DNA of 61,352 nt, the filler included, from Gonapodya sp. JEL0774 (lineage: Eukaryota), in NCBI GenBank assembly GCA_027604505.1. It is 10 parts of 10 records of this genome, joined end to end, with 100 filler letters (N's around TTAATTAATTAA, not from the genome) between each part and the next. Parts side by side here need not be neighbours in the genome. Positions count along the whole stretch, not along the records: positions 43,086 to 49,108 come from JADIIX010000638.1; positions 49,209 to 55,230 come from JADIIX010000639.1; positions 55,331 to 61,352 come from JADIIX010000640.1; 7 more parts are not named here. The stretch is one strand, 5' to 3'. Below are positions 48,752 to 61,352 of this stretch, one piece after another. The translations under genes were made by a program, and so were the position numbers. The notes beneath the pieces were generated by a model. The model made no database searches, was not told where the DNA came from, and worked only from the letters and a program-made list of their open reading frames with translations. Position 1 is the stretch's first letter; each line of letters starts with the position of its first letter.

Positions 48752-49208
48752 AATTTTTTCTCCGTTTTGACCACCTGCAAAAGTGTATTTAATGAGTGGA
48801 ATTTGATTGGCGGTGTTCTGGAGTCGATTCCCTTTGTTTTGTTGTGTTTTGAGTACTCAAGTGCTCAAAGACCAAAGTTGTGGGGCCTCACGCTGCATGT
48901 CAATTGTCAAGGGTTGGTTTTTTTGCAGTTTTGGGAATTGGGACAACAGAAGAAATTGTTGTGGTATTGACACCTCGCACATGACCACAGCCTACACATG
49001 TATATAAGGCACAAGTAGCACCACATAATAGGATCACACTTCACACCATCTCACACTCCAGGCCTATCACTAGGCCACCATCCCATCATAGAGGGCTGAG
49101 ATCGATACNNNNNNNNNNNNNNNNNNNNNNNNNNNNNNNNNNNNNNNNNNNNTTAATTAATTAANNNNNNNNNNNNNNNNNNNNNNNNNNNNNNNNNNNN
49201 NNNNNNNN

Positions 49209-49848
49209 GAATATTCGAGATCTTCCAGAGCGGGATAGCCGTATCCAATTCCGGCCGAGTTGACTAAGATATCAAGAGGACCACCAAACGCATTTTCAGT
49301 CCTGGGATCGTTGATTGATTTTGTCATCTCAAATTTGCACGCTTCATTAAAAATGCTATGTGTAACTCACTCTGCAACCGCTTTGATCCAATCTTCCTCA
49401 ACAGTCACGTCGTGAGGAACGAAAATGGCTTGCGAACCTAAATGTGTCACAAGTTTGAGGACACCCGAACAGTGAAGACGTGCAGTGTCGTGAGAATTAC
49501 CAAATGCTTCAATTTTTTGAGCAACCTCTGCAGCTTTGCTCTTCTGTCCGGGCAAATCCGTGATTGCGACGGCCTTTGCCCCCTCTGACAGATCGACATC
49601 GCACAAGCGTTTTCAGAACGAACAAGTCAGTCATTGGAGATCCATCACGGCAATTTAACGCCAAGCAGATATCACATACCCCTAGCAAAAGCGATTGCCG
49701 AAGCCATGCCAATACCGGAAGCGCCGCCAGATACGAAAGCTTCACGGGACACAAACTAGGGGTGAGCGATTCACCTCCAAAATTGAGGCTACGATGGCGA
49801 CGCACCGATTCTCCCTGCAAGCCGTCCGACAACTGCAGATGTACTCAT
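49209..49848 (-). CDS. Short-chain dehydrogenase/reductase, tandem paralog, 3' truncated
   Basis: MSTSAVVGRLAGRI, SGGASGIG, HDVTVEEDW and GPLDILVNSAGIG. Exon structure matches the neighbouring SDR. Confidence 0.9.
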
Positions 49849-50308
49849 TTTGCTAAAGGGATGATGGGTTTTTGATGTTGGGAATGGATGTTTTCGGATC
49901 TGATGTTTTCGGATGCAGTAGGCCGTTTGACCACAGTTCGTCCACAATCCCCCCAGAAAACTGTAACTGTCTGAATTTGAGAAACACTGCCGAACAAATA
50001 TTAATAGTAATCGGAGATGACAGTCCATTCTGTGGATGTATGGGCAAGCAGTATGAGCGCATGGGCAACATCTCGAAATCATCTGATGTATTTCAAAAGT
50101 GACGAAAATGCGGTCCATCGCACATAGCGCAGATATTGCTTTTCACTGAAAAGAAAATGGTTCAGCGTGTCCATTGCATTCGGACCACACTGGAGGCCCC
50201 ATCACTCCGATGTCATCTCCCATGGGCCACATTGAATATACTCTCGCAATCTAACTCATTCATTGGCCGCTGCTTTCGTGAGTTGGTGAGGCGTTCTTGA
50301 TGAGCTCA

Positions 50309-51905
50309 TTACTGAGCAGTGTAGCCTCCATCTACAACCAGTTCCGAGCCCTACAGTAAAGAAAGTGCGTTGATATCGACCATAAGTTGCTAATCAAGCA
50401 AGGCATATGGGGTAATGCCAACGTACCGTCATAAATGCGCTCTCTTCTGAAGCCAGGAATACAATTGAGTTGGCGATCTACCGATCAAAAGCGTCTTGAT
50501 TCTCATCACGATGTGTTCATCGTTACCTATCTCTAGACTCACATCGTCTGCTTCTCCGAGTCTTCCGATGGGGTGCTTTGCAAGCAAAGTCTGCTCGACG
50601 CCGGGTACCGACTCTAACAGAGGACTAACCATGGGGGTGCGAATGTAGCTAATAAAGGGATTGAGCATAATAGATATTTAAGCACAGAGGGGGAGATTCC
50701 TCGCATGACCTTGTGGTACCCACCCAGGATGAACACTGTTGACCCGAATTTTCCCACCCGGGAACTTGGCTTGACCGCAGTACAACCCCGCGCTCTAAAA
50801 AGTAGCGACAATGGCATGATTTGTGCCAGAAAAGCATACAATAGCGATAGATCCACACCTTTGTGAGCAATCGAACTCCTCCTTTGCTGGCGTTGTAGTG
50901 CGCAGTGAACGGCTCGGCGACAATTCCCTCCTATTGGGTTCAGCATGGAGAGCCAATTATTCAAAACTTATTTATCAGTTTTTTTATGAGATAGAGCACT
51001 AACTCACGATCGAGGAAAGATTTATGATGGACTTAGTCCTCTGAGATCAAGCCGGAAGCAACTCAGCAACTGAGAAACTCAGTAACTGGAGTCCGAATTT
51101 TGAGAACCAACCTCTGATTCATTCTTTTTCATCGACCGGATACCGTGCTTCACCCCTCTTTTGGAGATGATTCAGATCAGTAACATATACACAGACGAGG
51201 CGCGAACACAACTCTCACGTACAAAAATGTTCCGTCAAGATTTACCGCTATCATGCGCTTCCAATCCGAATATTCAAGATCTTCGAGAGCGGGGTAGCCG
51301 TATCCGATTCCCGCTGAGTTGACTAAGATATCAAGAGGTCCTCCAAATGCCCTCTCAGACCTGTGCATCGGTACGGCACTTTAGTCCCACAGCTTTGTAA
51401 TCTGAAACGCGCAACCGAATAGATGAGCGCTCACTCTTCAATGGCCTTGACCCAATCTTCTTCAACTGTCACGTCGTGGGCGACGAAGATGGCTTTGGAG
51501 CCTGACAAAGCAGCCGTCGGCCAACTCCACTTCAACGAGGCGTCACGAAACGTGCCAGCTCACCAAAGGCCTCGATTTTCGCGATTATTTCCACAGCTTT
51601 ACTCTTTTGTCCAGGGAGATCGGTGATGGCGACACCTTTGACACCCTCTGCAATCAATATTGAAAGTGATTCGGGCTTTCGAAAGCTCCCCAGAAGGGGG
51701 AAGAATGCCCTGATAGCACATACCCTTTGCAAAAGCGATCGCTGATGCAGCACCTATCCCAGACGCACCGCCTGAGATGAACGCTGGGAGATGATGAAAA
51801 GGTGTCTTTTCAACTCTGTTCAACACTTCAGTACCGTGAAAGACCAGGTGTTGATGGCTCACCAATTTTGCCCGAGAGTCGACCGGTGCTTGTGGAAATC
51901 GTCAT
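50309..51905 (-). CDS. Classical short-chain dehydrogenase/reductase (HSD-like), multi-exon
   Basis: GGASGIG, LDILVNSAG, AVNLDGTF, IINLSS, catalytic YNASK, IRVNSVHPG, HPIGRLGEADD, LVVDGGYTAQ*. Confidence 0.93.
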
Positions 51906-54900
51906 TTTGGCGATTTGGCAATCTTACTTGGTGATTGAGAAGTGTTGTCGGGAACAGTGTTCCGAGGGGCCGAATGCATGGGAGGGGGTGGGTGAACAGA
52001 TTAACCGGCGACCACAGAGACAGGACCCGCCTCCTGAAAGACCGACAATTCTTCACGAGCTCAATAGGCAACTGGAAACTACGCACCACACCGGAATCAC
52101 AAGACAAGTTTGCATCTTTCATAGGGGTCTCTGCGCCATCGCATGCGTCTTGCTTGATAACCATTTCACAGACTCCAGCATCACATTGCATGTGCAGTTG
52201 CAATTATCATGCACAGGTAGTGTCTTCGGAGATTAAGACATTGCATTTCGTGCGTTGTCGCAGGTTTGTGTATGATCGACGCAAGACACCACCCAAATGG
52301 CATGACTGTGGATCAACCACTACCAAGCAGGTGAGCAGCGACATCTTCCCGTCGGTGCTTTTCGCATCATTAGTGTTCCGACTGGACGGAACTTGGTTTA
52401 TTTGCGTGATTGCACTGAGATCAACCATTCTTCGTCCGCGAAAATCGATGGGATCCGTCCAGTGTTCGGTCATCTGTCACAGCACGAACCTCAAATATGG
52501 GATTCGGGTTGACGTGGTTGGTTGGCATTTACGCCGAAAGGTGCAGATCAGCACAAAGGCGCTGCAAGTACTATGAAGAGAGGATCGAGCCCACCAACTA
52601 GATCGTGTAAGTCTGATTGACAATTCGGTCATATAATTTTCCCTCTTGTCCCTCCCCCTGCAACTCTACTCTGCACGTCGTCAATGGAGTACCGAGACCC
52701 GTATTCCTGGATCAACCGTCTCCGTCTATCCGATATGATGGGACTAATAGGTCTGGACACGGTATGCCAGGACGCCCCCATGGTTCGGGATGGAAGGTGA
52801 GTCGGGTCCGTTCAACCCCTTTCCCTGCCCACTTGCGACCTGTCCTTGCGGCAACTCTTCCGTCCAGGCGTTCCCTCTCCCTCTCGTTCCTGCATCACAG
52901 ACCCATCCCCGCCCAACTTTCTCCTGGACCGAACATTTTCGCGCCTTCCGTGGGTAATGGGGACTAGTAGGTCGTGGAGAATGCGCAGGTACTGTAGAAC
53001 AATTCCTTGGAGCCAAAGGTGAGTGCCGGATCTCCGGAGGAGACGGACTCGGATTGAAATCTCGTGTCTGCAATTTGAGATACGTTGAAGGATCAGGTTC
53101 AAGGACAGTGGAAGGTGTACAGTGAACGGCTGAGAAAGGATGCAGAATGTAGTACTAGATGATCACCGGACGCGAATTCAAGAATGGAATCGTCGCACGT
53201 AGGGTGTTTAACAAATGGAATTCACAGTGAAACTGAGTCAGTAAGGTGCTTGACTACTCGTTTCTTTTTTTATGTTTGTGCTCACCTTCCCCCATCACCT
53301 TTCTCATCTCTCCTCCTCCACCCGCCGGGCCTGTTCCCCCGCCGACTTTGCAGTACCCAGGTCTCCGCTCCTACACCACCAAGTACCCGTGCTTCTCCCT
53401 CCATGGACATCATCCCTCTCTCCCCTCAGCCAGGTACTCGAGGTTGTGAGGACCCGACTTTTTGAAACGGTACCCACCGTCGTCTTTAACGTATCAAGGT
53501 TGCAGGTGAGTTTACGATTCGCCGAGTTCGAATGTCTTCCGATAACGCAGCTTCACAGTCCTCTCTTCCAATCCAGTCCTCGATATACACCACTCCATCA
53601 CCTCCCTCTCCCGACGCTCCGACATCTCGACCGACCGCCTCAATTCCGTTCCTCGGTTTTGAAGCGATTCAGTCGGGTGGACGAGGACGTGAGAGGACGC
53701 CTGTCGGAACACGTTACCGGTTGACGAGTGAGTTCAATCAGCCAGAAAGAACTGCAATCGAATCAGTCAACTGGATTGCCGCCGAGTTCAGTGGTTGGCT
53801 TTCCGTGCTTTGTAGCCAAGTAAGCGCATGAGTCAGGCCGAGGAGTACGACGGGACTTACGGGAAATATAGGAAAGTGTGATGGGGCGGATGAATTTGAC
53901 ACGATGACGAGGTACCATATACACGAGCAAACGGTGAGCTGCACGTTTGCTTCATGCTGGTTTCAGTTCTGCACTCCGAACATCAACACCCCTGTATTGC
54001 CGCACGTCCCAACGAGGACACAGTCCACATCCCTCCCACACGACTTCCCCCCTCTCGCCATTCACACCCACATCTCCGTCCCCCGGCACTGATTAGTAAG
54101 CCTCCCGCCCCCTTGGCTCGACGGACATCAAGGGAGTGGTCGAGCGAGGAGCAGACGAGGCCGAGGAAGGAAGTGTGGCGGAAGGTGAGTCAAAGTTGGC
54201 GGTGGACACAGTGTTGTCGTCTGTATACTTTGAGAATGTGTGACACCGGAGCGGGTGCTGGGGGAGGTGATTACGTTTGGGCGGGTGATGCCCGTAGGTA
54301 GGAACAGGATCAACGGGTGTTTGTGGTAACAAGTACTGTGTGCTCATACCAAAAAATTCCGGTGAAGGTAAGCGCGATGAAACCTTCAGTTGCGCGGCGA
54401 AAGAAAAAAGGAGTGGGGTAGGAGGAGTGAGACTTAGGGTTGGGACAACGGCGGTGCGAGTAGTGACTGGCAGGATTCCATCCAAGCAAAGGATTGCAAT
54501 GGGGTGAAAGTGCGAGGCACCTTTTTTCTGTGTTTCGCTTCTTCTTCTCTCGGTCTCACTTGCTCCAACCCCCTGTCCCCAGCTTCCTCAACCGTATCGC
54601 AAGAACAACAAACCCCAGCCCTCTCCCCTCGGGTCTTCCCCCGTTCAATTACACCTTTCCTTACGACCCTCGTCAGGCGACTCATCCCAATGTCCTCGCC
54701 GCCGCTACCTCACCAATGCACCGCCGCCCATATGGTGCCCCATGAACGCAGACGGAGACGGAAAAGGAGGACGAAAGAAGGCGAAGCGGATAGACAAAGG
54801 ATACAAGACGGGAAGCATTGCGATGTGAGTGTGATGTTATTGTGGAGTAGAAGTTGACAGTGGGCGTTGTTTTGATTTCGAGTCTTTAGGGGTTCAAAGG

Positions 54901-55330
54901 AAGGGGGATGGGCACTCGACCCTAGGACCGAACGTTGTGATACGCACGTTGGACATTTGAGCGGAAAGGGTCTGTGGAAGCAGCGACAATGGTGGAATGG
55001 AGTGGCTGTAGGAGCGTGGCAGGAAAGGGAGTGGACACGCTGGCCAGAACGGGAACGGCAAGGGAAAACTACCAAGAGCTATCCGTGACAGGAAGCACCG
55101 GAACAAATGGCACCGTGATTGGCGAAAACGTAGGCCGCCCTCATGAGAGGTGAGTCGCTGGCGGTTCTACCAAAACGGGTAAGGAGCGCGGGCCACTGTA
55201 CCGGTAGTTTATGGGGCGGGATGCGTCTGANNNNNNNNNNNNNNNNNNNNNNNNNNNNNNNNNNNNNNNNNNNNTTAATTAATTAANNNNNNNNNNNNNN
55301 NNNNNNNNNNNNNNNNNNNNNNNNNNNNNN

Positions 55331-56830
55331 CTCAAGCAGCTCCACATGGCTCACAATCAACTCACCTCCCTTCGCATCCTCCTTCCTTCTTCCCATCAGT
55401 CATCTTCCGCTTCCTCACACGCCCAAGTCTCCCCGCTTTTCACTCGTCTTGTCCACTTGGATGTCTCCCATAATCTCATCGCCACACTAGAAGATCTCAT
55501 ACCACTGGTATGGTGTTCAGAGCTTGCAGGCGTCTGTATTGATGGGAATACCGCGGTTGGAGCGGCAGGGACGAGGAAGGGAGGGAAATGTAGGTGCTGA
55601 TGGTACGCACACAACTTCGTTTGCCTTCAAGCGATATGACCGACCTTTATGTGGCCTATAAGTGCCACCTCAATCGCCCCTCCATCTTTTTCCTCGGGTG
55701 TACGGTATTTCTGTCCTGGACGCCCGTTTCGCCCACCTCCGGCCACTCGTCTCATCTGCGCCATTGATTGGTCGTGTTCGGTCTGCTAAAGCACGGAATT
55801 CAGTAAGTGCAACTGAGCCGGGTCAAAAAAACGGACGAGTAAATGGTGAGAGCTATGAATGGGCCGATGTGAAGAGAGCAGTGAAAGAAGGCATGATTGT
55901 AGGGAGGAAGAAGTTGGCAAAGCTTTCAAGGGAATGGAATAGTGGCAAATCGATGGACAGTACAGACCACAAGCACGGGGTGGAGTCAGGGAACGACGAA
56001 GAGTCTCGGTCCATAGTGTCAGCGCCCGGTCAGACCAATGAAATCCATAATGAAGGGGATGCTGGAGGTCAGAAGAGCCTCGACCCAGATCACTCTCTAA
56101 GCTATGATGCTTCGGTCCGCTCTGCAACCTTCATCACTGGTGTGCACATATCTGGCACACTCCCAACGGATTCTACTCCGCAACCGCCACAATCGGACAT
56201 CAGTGAGGAGGAGGACGACGATCCAGATCTTCCTATTCTCCCCAGTAATATCCAACACACCCTTCGCGATCTACGCCGTGCTTTACAACGCCCAGAAGGA
56301 TCGTTTTGGACGGTGCCGCCGGGAGGGATCTCGAGTCAGGCGGGGGCGCGGAAGAGGGGAGATCATCAAAATCACGCACTGAATGGCCGCGCAAGAGGTT
56401 GCACACGAGCAAAGGTCAAGGTTTCGCGAAAAATGGTCACTAGAGGATTTGAGCAGCTAGATGCGATGATGCAGAGAGTCGAACAAGGAGTCAAGGGAGT
56501 GGAGCGATCTTTAGGTTCGTACCGCTCACACGTTTTTCATAAGAAGGTGGTCTTCTGGGCTCACCAACACTCCATTACGTCTTTCTTAAATTTCAATTCC
56601 CAATATTGTTTCGATAACCGACATCCCGAAACACTGCAGATCCTCTGATCGGTGCACCTACACTCGTTTCTCGCGTGACGACAAAAGCCGGTGCTGCTCT
56701 CGACGAAGTCAAGTCACGCGTGGAGCAGGTCGAGGCAGCTGTGAAACGAGCTGGCGAAGACATTCCCCTGGAGAACAGAATAACCAGGCCCGAAGATGAC
56801 GACGGCGTGGAAGAAAACATTGACGATTGA
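55331..56830 (+). CDS. Leucine-rich-repeat protein, 3' part, XRRA1-like
   Basis: LRRs LKQLHMAHNQLTSL and LVHLDVSHNLIATLEDL, then ILPSNIQHTLRDLRRALQRP. The XRRA1 call is from recalled family features and is tentative. Confidence 0.55.
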
Positions 56831-57965
56831 CATATTATAGCTGTCTCTTTAGGTAATGTTTTTCACAGAGCTACGGTATTCGGATTGTCCCACTTATCAC
56901 CTATTGTGAAGTGTCACTGTCATGTAATGCGTGGATATTTGACAAATGTGAATTGCCATACAATCACCTCTAGTTGCTGAGAGCGTTAACGAACTTCCCA
57001 GTTTACATCATCACCGAAGTACATTTTTGTAAGACGGATCGCCAATCTGGGGGAAGGGAACCCTACCGGGCAGTTGTTGGAGACGGGATGCATCCCTGCA
57101 GTACCCTATCATAAATGACGATCCCCACACCGGAACAACATGCGCGGCATGCCGCGTGCCTTTGGGAAGGTCATTATTGTGTCGGACGAGCCATTGAATT
57201 ATGCAGTCGTGACACACGGAGTTTGGTCCAACCGTGTGCAGGTTGAATATGACATGTACAGCATTCCTTGATCCTTCCGTATGCGTTCCCTATCTCCCCA
57301 CGCACTCCAATTTTCTACCATCAGTTCCTTTTTGAATCTCCATTAAGATTTCTTTTTCGGAACGCGTCCGAGAAAGCTGTACCCACGGGAGGTGCCTTAC
57401 TCCCCGCGGCGACCCGTTCCCGCTCTATCACTCCATGCATGAATTGCACCGGGGGCACTCAGGCACGGACCATCTAGAGTTGCATCCTCATCAAAGAACG
57501 AATTTGAACGTATCTGTGCGCTTCTTTTCTGTGCATCTCCTTCTCCCTGTACCTTGATACGGTGGATGAGGTATGTTGTCATGCATCCCCACGTAACAAC
57601 CACCGATCAAAACCTGCACGATTCGCTTCCCAACCACCTCTTATCGAGGGGATGGTGGAATTTTTTGTTCTTACCGTGCCGCCCGATAACGAATGAGATA
57701 ATCGCTTTAGGTGCGCCAAAACAGAGGCGGCAGCAAAAACGGCGGCGCCGGCCCGAAGCCTACTCCGGAGCAGTTATTGCACCAATTATGCGCCTAAACC
57801 ACTCTTACATACTCATACCTTCCACAATGAACCCCCTGAAACTCAAGCTCCAGTTAAAAACCGTCTTCTTGGCTTGATCCCCTCACCTTCGCCCTGTCCC
57901 CTCGCATTTCGGTTGCCATCATCAATTTCCTCATCCACTGACTGAGAACGTTCACCGGATCCGTC

Positions 57966-59403
57966 ATGGCAGAATTTGAGCTCGAAAACGGCCACGACCT
58001 TCAAACGAAAGCCGACAGGCCTCTGGCGCCGTTGATCGGTGCACCGATGGCGGTCACAATGGTGGACGAGTCAGAGGGATTTGCGGTACGTTCGGTTCGG
58101 CCCTGAGATTGCGAGAGACATTCAGTGAATGTGGACGATGGTCTCACCGCTCTCAAGTACGCTTGTTGTTGTTGTTCCATTACGGTGTCTCATGTTGGAT
58201 CGGACCTCCTCTCTCATGATTAGAACCCCTTGCCCATCGGATTGAGCGGATTTGCAATCTCACTGACACTTCTTGGGTCTCTGAGCATCGGTTGGATTGG
58301 TGGGTGTTTCTTTGTGCGATCGCATCGAAGCTAGTGGCGCGATCGCGATTCACATTTGTCGTGCACCTCTCTTACGGTTTCGGCGGCGGCACTTTCACGC
58401 TTCTACCACGACGTACGTTGGAAACCCCCCAACAGAGACACCCGCTATCCCGCTGGTCTTCACCTTGACCTTGGTCATTTCTATCCTTCAGATGGCCTTG
58501 GCGGCCGTCATGATGTTGCGAAAGGTACGTACGATCAGACTGCATGTTCGATGCAGGAAACGGTTTGCGTATGATGCGCGTGCTGATTCCTGCACATTTC
58601 CTTTACCACGTGATGATCGTACAAGAAATTGATGTTCCCAGCGACAGCCTTCTTGGTCTTTGGAAGCTTGTTGGCGGGCCAGAGTGTATTCCAGTTGTTC
58701 CTTGCGTCCAAGACCATCAATTTGAGTGAGTTTGCAGCACAAGCGTGGAATCCGGTGGATTCCACCACGATTGATTGCTTGATCGCTCCACATTCTGTTT
58801 GCTGATACTATGCTGACCGATCACCCCGAATAACACACAAGCTGGCGACCCATCTTCGGGTGTCGTTGTAGTTTTCTGCATCTACACGTTCATGGCGTTC
58901 ATTTTTCTCACCGTGTCGCTTACTTCGAACGTGGCGAATGTGATCAGCTTCGTTGCGATCGTTGTTTCGTTTGCTCTCACAGTGGGTTATAATTGCATCG
59001 CTGAGAAACCGCATTCTCTGAGCAGGCTTCCGTTTACCTTTTCACATACGTGTTTGGACGCAGGCCAAAGCCAATTCAGCGGGTGCGAGCAAGTCTTGGG
59101 ACGTTGCGTCTGGTTGGGCCAACCTCGTTGTCGCAGCCACGGTGAGTACATACATACACTCAGAGCGACAACCACACACGCCATAATATGCTATCCACGA
59201 TCACTTTCCATACCTTTCATTTCACCCACCCACCCAACCACGTGCAGGGATTCTACCTAGCTGCTGCAATCATGCTCGGCGAGACTTACCGCCGCCCAGT
59301 CTTGCCCGTCGGGGATTTGAGCCGGTTCTGGATCCCCCCGGGCGCGAGGGATGCGAACATCTCTCGTGTGCCGTCCGAGGCGACGGCGTTCAGCAGGGTC
59401 TGA
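57966..59403 (+). CDS. GPR1/FUN34/YaaH (Ato/SatP) acetate transporter, multi-exon
   Basis: Spliced FA|NPLPIGLSGFAISLTLL is a variant of the NPAPLGL signature, followed by TM segments and C-terminal FYLAAAIMLGETYRRPVLPVG. Confidence 0.85.
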
Positions 59404-59872
59404 CGCACTGTTTCTGCGGGACGAACGGCGAGAATGAAAATTCCATTTGGAGTGTCACTTCAAAGTGTATTTTGAGATACAAATATGTGGCAAGATACTT
59501 GATTCACGCTGTATTCTCACACAAGCTCCAATACATGGTCCTCGCCAGAGTCTGGGGTCCTCTGTCCATGATCATTCGGCTCCTGGATCTCCAAGCTCCT
59601 ACACATCCCAATCATTCTGTTCGGTATTCTTGTTCCATTCTTGATTTCCACATGTTTGCGTCTCCTTCTTCCATTTCGGGAGCCGAGTGTCCCTTGCGTT
59701 TCAGCCACACAGGTCAGGTGCCTCATGTGATGCCCAGACCGATGACCCCCAAACCTTTGGGACCAAAGTTGGGACATTCCAAATCTTTCCACCCGCGCAA
59801 CGCAACACCACTTGGCAATTCAAACTCTTGGCCCGACACGACCCAGCGACAAACACAGACACGGGTTCAGCC

Positions 59873-61126
59873 ATGAAAGCTTCCACGGTCGGCATGCGAT
59901 CCGGTGGGAGAGGTGTGTTCACATAGAGTGGAAGAGATCATGTATCGAGGGTCGCTTGTCGCCTTCTTCGGGACACCGACGCTCGCTCCGAGTCTCGCAT
60001 CTCGCTCTTCTCTCTCTCACGCATTCGGTCGTTGTGTCGTCGGCTGACTTTGTCCCTCCCATTGGATTGTGTGTGCATCTTATGTGAACCCGGTCTTGGC
60101 AGCTCTCGCCCTCCTGCTCGCTCTCTCCCTGTTCTCATCTTCAATCGCGCGTGAGTAACCCATTCCCTGATCCCTTTTGGATCTCCTTTTTGCTCTCTTT
60201 CGGGTCCATGCTCAACGCTCACAATCCTGTGGTTCCATGTATCTCAACAGAGTCCCTCCCTTCCTGCCCCGACGGCACTCCCACGGCGTGCCCTGCTGCC
60301 GTCGCTGCCAATGGGGAGACCTCCGTCTTCTGTACCTTGAGTACCAAGCTGTGTACCTTTGTCTGCGCTGATTTGTGAGTCTGTGTTTTTGAGAACCGCG
60401 GAGGGTGGTGCGCGCGAGGAGGATGAGTGGGTGCCGCAAGCTCTACTATGCGATTCGGTTCATCGTTCATCTCCGGTGAATGTGTCGCCACTGCATGCTC
60501 TTGGTATACGCACTTATCGTTTCGGTGTCCTGGGATACATTGAAACACGGGACTTTGACCACCCTTATTCCTTAACGTCTGCCCCTCCTGTTTTCAATTC
60601 CCCATCCCATCGGCCTCTTTCACTCGCTTCACTCCACCTTTCACTTACCATCCCCAGCTCCAACTGCAACACCGTCAACTGCTGCCGCGCGTCTCTCCCC
60701 GCCCCACCCCCACCGACCGGCCCACCCCCGCCCCCGCCTCCGCCAGGTCCCCCTCCCCCACCAAGTCCCCCGACCCCCCCACCTCCACCAAGTCCCCCGA
60801 CTCCCCCGCCACCGCCACCGCCACCCCCCCCACCACCAACCACCACCCGCCCCCCCACCACCACCACCCGGCCACCGACCACCACGGCCGCTCCACCGAG
60901 CACGACCGCGGCTGCGTCTGCGTCGCTCACCCCGCCCCCGTCCACCAGCGGGGCCGGTCAAGCGGTGACGGTGGGAGTGTCGGTGAGCTCCAGCGCCACC
61001 GTGGCGGTGGCGATTGCGACCACGAGCGCGAGCGCTACCGCGAAGGCTGGAGGGGCAGGTACGTTGCGGTGGATGGGGGGGGGCGGCATGGGACTGGGAT
61101 CGTGGAGTGGACGGTTTGTGGTGTAG
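59873..61126 (+). CDS. Secreted 8-Cys domain protein with polyproline/Thr stalk (cell-surface, possibly GPI-anchored)
   Basis: Exons 59873-59891, 60103-60150, 60251-60374 and 60658-61126 give MKASTVALALLLALSLFSSSIAQSLPSCPDGTPTAC...FCTLSTKLCTFVCADFSNCNTVNCCRA, then P-rich and T-rich tracts. Confidence 0.75.
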
Positions 61127-61352
61127 ATGTGGTGGTACCAGGTGTTGGTGGTGTGTGGGATTGGATGGATAGATGATCTGATGTGTGATGGCGCTTCCGT
61201 GTTTGTTTGGTCCTCCTCGGTAAATCATCTCTGATCGGGTCCCCTCTGGCGCCTCTCCCCTGCATCACCCGCGTTCCCCCGACCCGACCCATCCCCTATC
61301 CCCGCCCACACCGTGACCTTTTCCCGCTCCTCACTCCCCACTCCCCGCTGCG

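Noticed and set aside
52000..55230. Several short ORFs upstream of the SDR pair
   Set aside because: No recognisable motifs or reliable exon chain; may hold an unknown gene but it cannot be supported.

Overview
This is not one locus. It is ten unrelated ~6.0-6.1 kb eukaryotic contigs in descending length order, joined by artificial 100-nt N/TTAATTAATTAA spacers, so adjacency across spacers means nothing. Genes are intron-rich, with short GT-AG introns and CTRAC-type branch sites. The gene set (PHF10-like, ILVBL, XRRA1-like LRR, dynein-stalk-like domain, GPR1/FUN34 transporter) suggests a zoosporic, chytrid-like fungus (inference). Ordinary genes: tandem MFS monocarboxylate transporters, mitochondrial L17, ILVBL, an ABCG transporter, a cyclin, a thioredoxin-domain protein, tRNA-Asp, tandem SDRs and an acetate transporter. 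The strongest candidate for an undescribed system is contig 7 (36954-42985). It carries an intronless virus-like Prim-Pol/Zn-finger/D5_N gene bracketed by inverted repeats made of a conserved AAAAGTTTCRGAAYCTCC box plus telomere-polarity (CCCCAT)n/(ATGGGG)n arrays. A second, deleted paralog, a PD-(D/E)xK-like gene and an F-box-like gene follow. Other highlights: a complete 4,747-bp hAT transposon with 21-bp TIRs and a perfect 8-bp TSD that splits another gene; an F-box protein fused to a stand-alone dynein microtubule-binding-like domain; a CDK1/2-type kinase with natural Y15F and PATAIRE; and an RBR ligase frameshifted at its catalytic motif. All domain calls are by-eye motif recognition; no searches were run.
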